Positions 36,781 through 37,372 of a DNA stretch of 37,372 nucleotides are shown here, piece after piece. Position numbers and translations under genes: made by a program. Location: the NCBI GenBank assembly GCA_029938235.1, contig JAOZVH010000004.1:1-37372 (forward strand). The letters are read 5' to 3'. A model generated the notes under the pieces. That model worked only from the letters and a program-made list of their open reading frames with translations, did not search any database and was not told where the DNA came from. The stretch comes from Bacteroidales bacterium (GTDB lineage: Bacteria; Bacteroidota; Bacteroidia; Bacteroidales; 4572-128). Numbering within the stretch: position 1 is the first letter of the stretch; each line of letters begins with the position of its first letter.

Positions 36781-36816
36781 AAAAAAATTCCAAAATTAAA
36801 ATTTTGGAATTTTTTT
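36781..36816 (+). terminator. 17-bp stem hairpin right after the giant gene
   Basis: AAAAAAATTCCAAAATT-AA-AATTTTGGAATTTTTTT. Confidence 0.7.
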
Positions 36817-37105
36817 TCAAAAAACTCCCAAAATTTCAACAATTTATTCGAAAAAAATTTTTCAAAATTCACCCCAAAATTTCAACATTTTTTAATTTAA
36901 AAGAATAAAAAAAAAATTTTTTCAAAAATCGTCCAAAATTTCAATATTTTTTAAATTGAAAATAAAAAAATTTTTTTCAAAAAACGTCCAAAATTTTAAT
37001 GTTTTTAAAAAAACAACATTGGAGGTTTTTTTTTAACCTCCAATGTTTCGACATCAAAAATCGTCCAAAATTTCAATATTTTTTAATTTAAAAGAATAAA
37101 AAAAA
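36811..37105 (+). repeat. Array of about 5 satellite units, interrupted by a GC-richer hairpin
   Basis: TCAAAAAACTCCCAAAATTT, TCAAAATTCACCCCAAAATTT, TCAAAAATCGTCCAAAATTT (twice) and TCAAAAAACGTCCAAAATTT. Confidence 0.85.
37015..37047. repeat. 13-bp inverted repeat (REP-like or terminator hairpin)
   Basis: AACATTGGAGGTT-T7-AACCTCCAATGTT. Confidence 0.7.
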
Positions 37106-37111
37106 CATCCA

Positions 37112-37218
37112 TATGCGTCAAGCGTCCACGATGATTTGGTATTCCACGTGTCAAGCGTGGACGCTTGACGCATAATAGGTAAGATACTTCCGTGTCAAGC
37201 GACACGCTTGACGCATAA
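37112..37218. repeat. Cluster of three GC-rich REP-like palindromes
   Basis: CGTGTCAAGCG(TGGA/ACA)CGCTTGACGCATAA at 37147-37175 and 37191-37218, plus an inverted partial copy TATGCGTCAAGCGTCCACG at 37112-37130. Confidence 0.8.
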
Positions 37219-37293
37219 GGTTCTTGGGAGATAATGATAATGCAATGCAATAATTCTTCCATTATTTGCCAATTTTATAATAATGGAAGAATT

Positions 37294-37371
37294 TTAAAAA
37301 ATTCTTCCATTATTATTATCTGAAACTTTCAAATCTACATTAAAATGACATTCCCAATGGTCAATACGTGG
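37294..37371 (-). pseudogene. 3' fragment of a gene entering from the right edge, possibly HNH-endonuclease-like and prematurely stopped
   Basis: The minus frame reads PRIDHWECHFNVDLKVSDNNNGRIF-stop. PRxxxWxxHF resembles the C-terminal LFNPR-x3-W-x2-HF motif of a common HNH family. Only 25 codons are visible. Confidence 0.35.
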
Positions 37372-37372
37372 G

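Noticed and set aside
1-37372. Alternative genetic code, rRNA or tRNA genes
   Set aside because: Conserved genes translate full-length in the standard bacterial code and end in TAA, TGA or TAG. No cloverleaf or rRNA-like GC-rich segment was seen; the only GC-rich patch is the REP-like cluster.

Overview
Extremely AT-rich chromosomal window of a Bacteroidota (probably Bacteroidales-like) bacterium. The assignment rests on a T9SS type-A C-terminal sorting domain, a BatA-domain protein, a Bacteroidota-type NqrE and several TAnnTTTG promoter cores. About 22 intact CDSs are present: housekeeping genes (der, RluA-family, pepA, nqrE, ybaB/ebfC, a citD-citE fusion, LTA-synthase-like sulfatase), lone transport and signalling components (PstS-like and BtuF-like binding proteins, a PAS histidine kinase) and accessory genes (Rpn/YhgA nuclease, PD-(D/E)XK nuclease, WD40-caspase, ankyrin-beta-barrel, His-rich lipoprotein). 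A 3530-aa T9SS-secreted protein fills the last 10.6 kb. Main observations: (1) a dispersed ~55-bp A/T-tract satellite forming tandem arrays between convergent genes, in both orientations; (2) the giant protein is a headless rod of 42 Ig-like repeats whose Cys pattern suggests inter-domain disulfide staples, and it probably needs a non-ATG start; (3) normally operonic genes occur alone, notably nqrE; (4) long loop-less palindromes follow gene ends; (5) both window edges carry apparently interrupted genes, an FGE-domain gene on the left and an HNH-like tail beside REP-like palindromes on the right. No rRNA, tRNA or CRISPR array was seen. All family calls come from motif recognition by eye; no database search was run.
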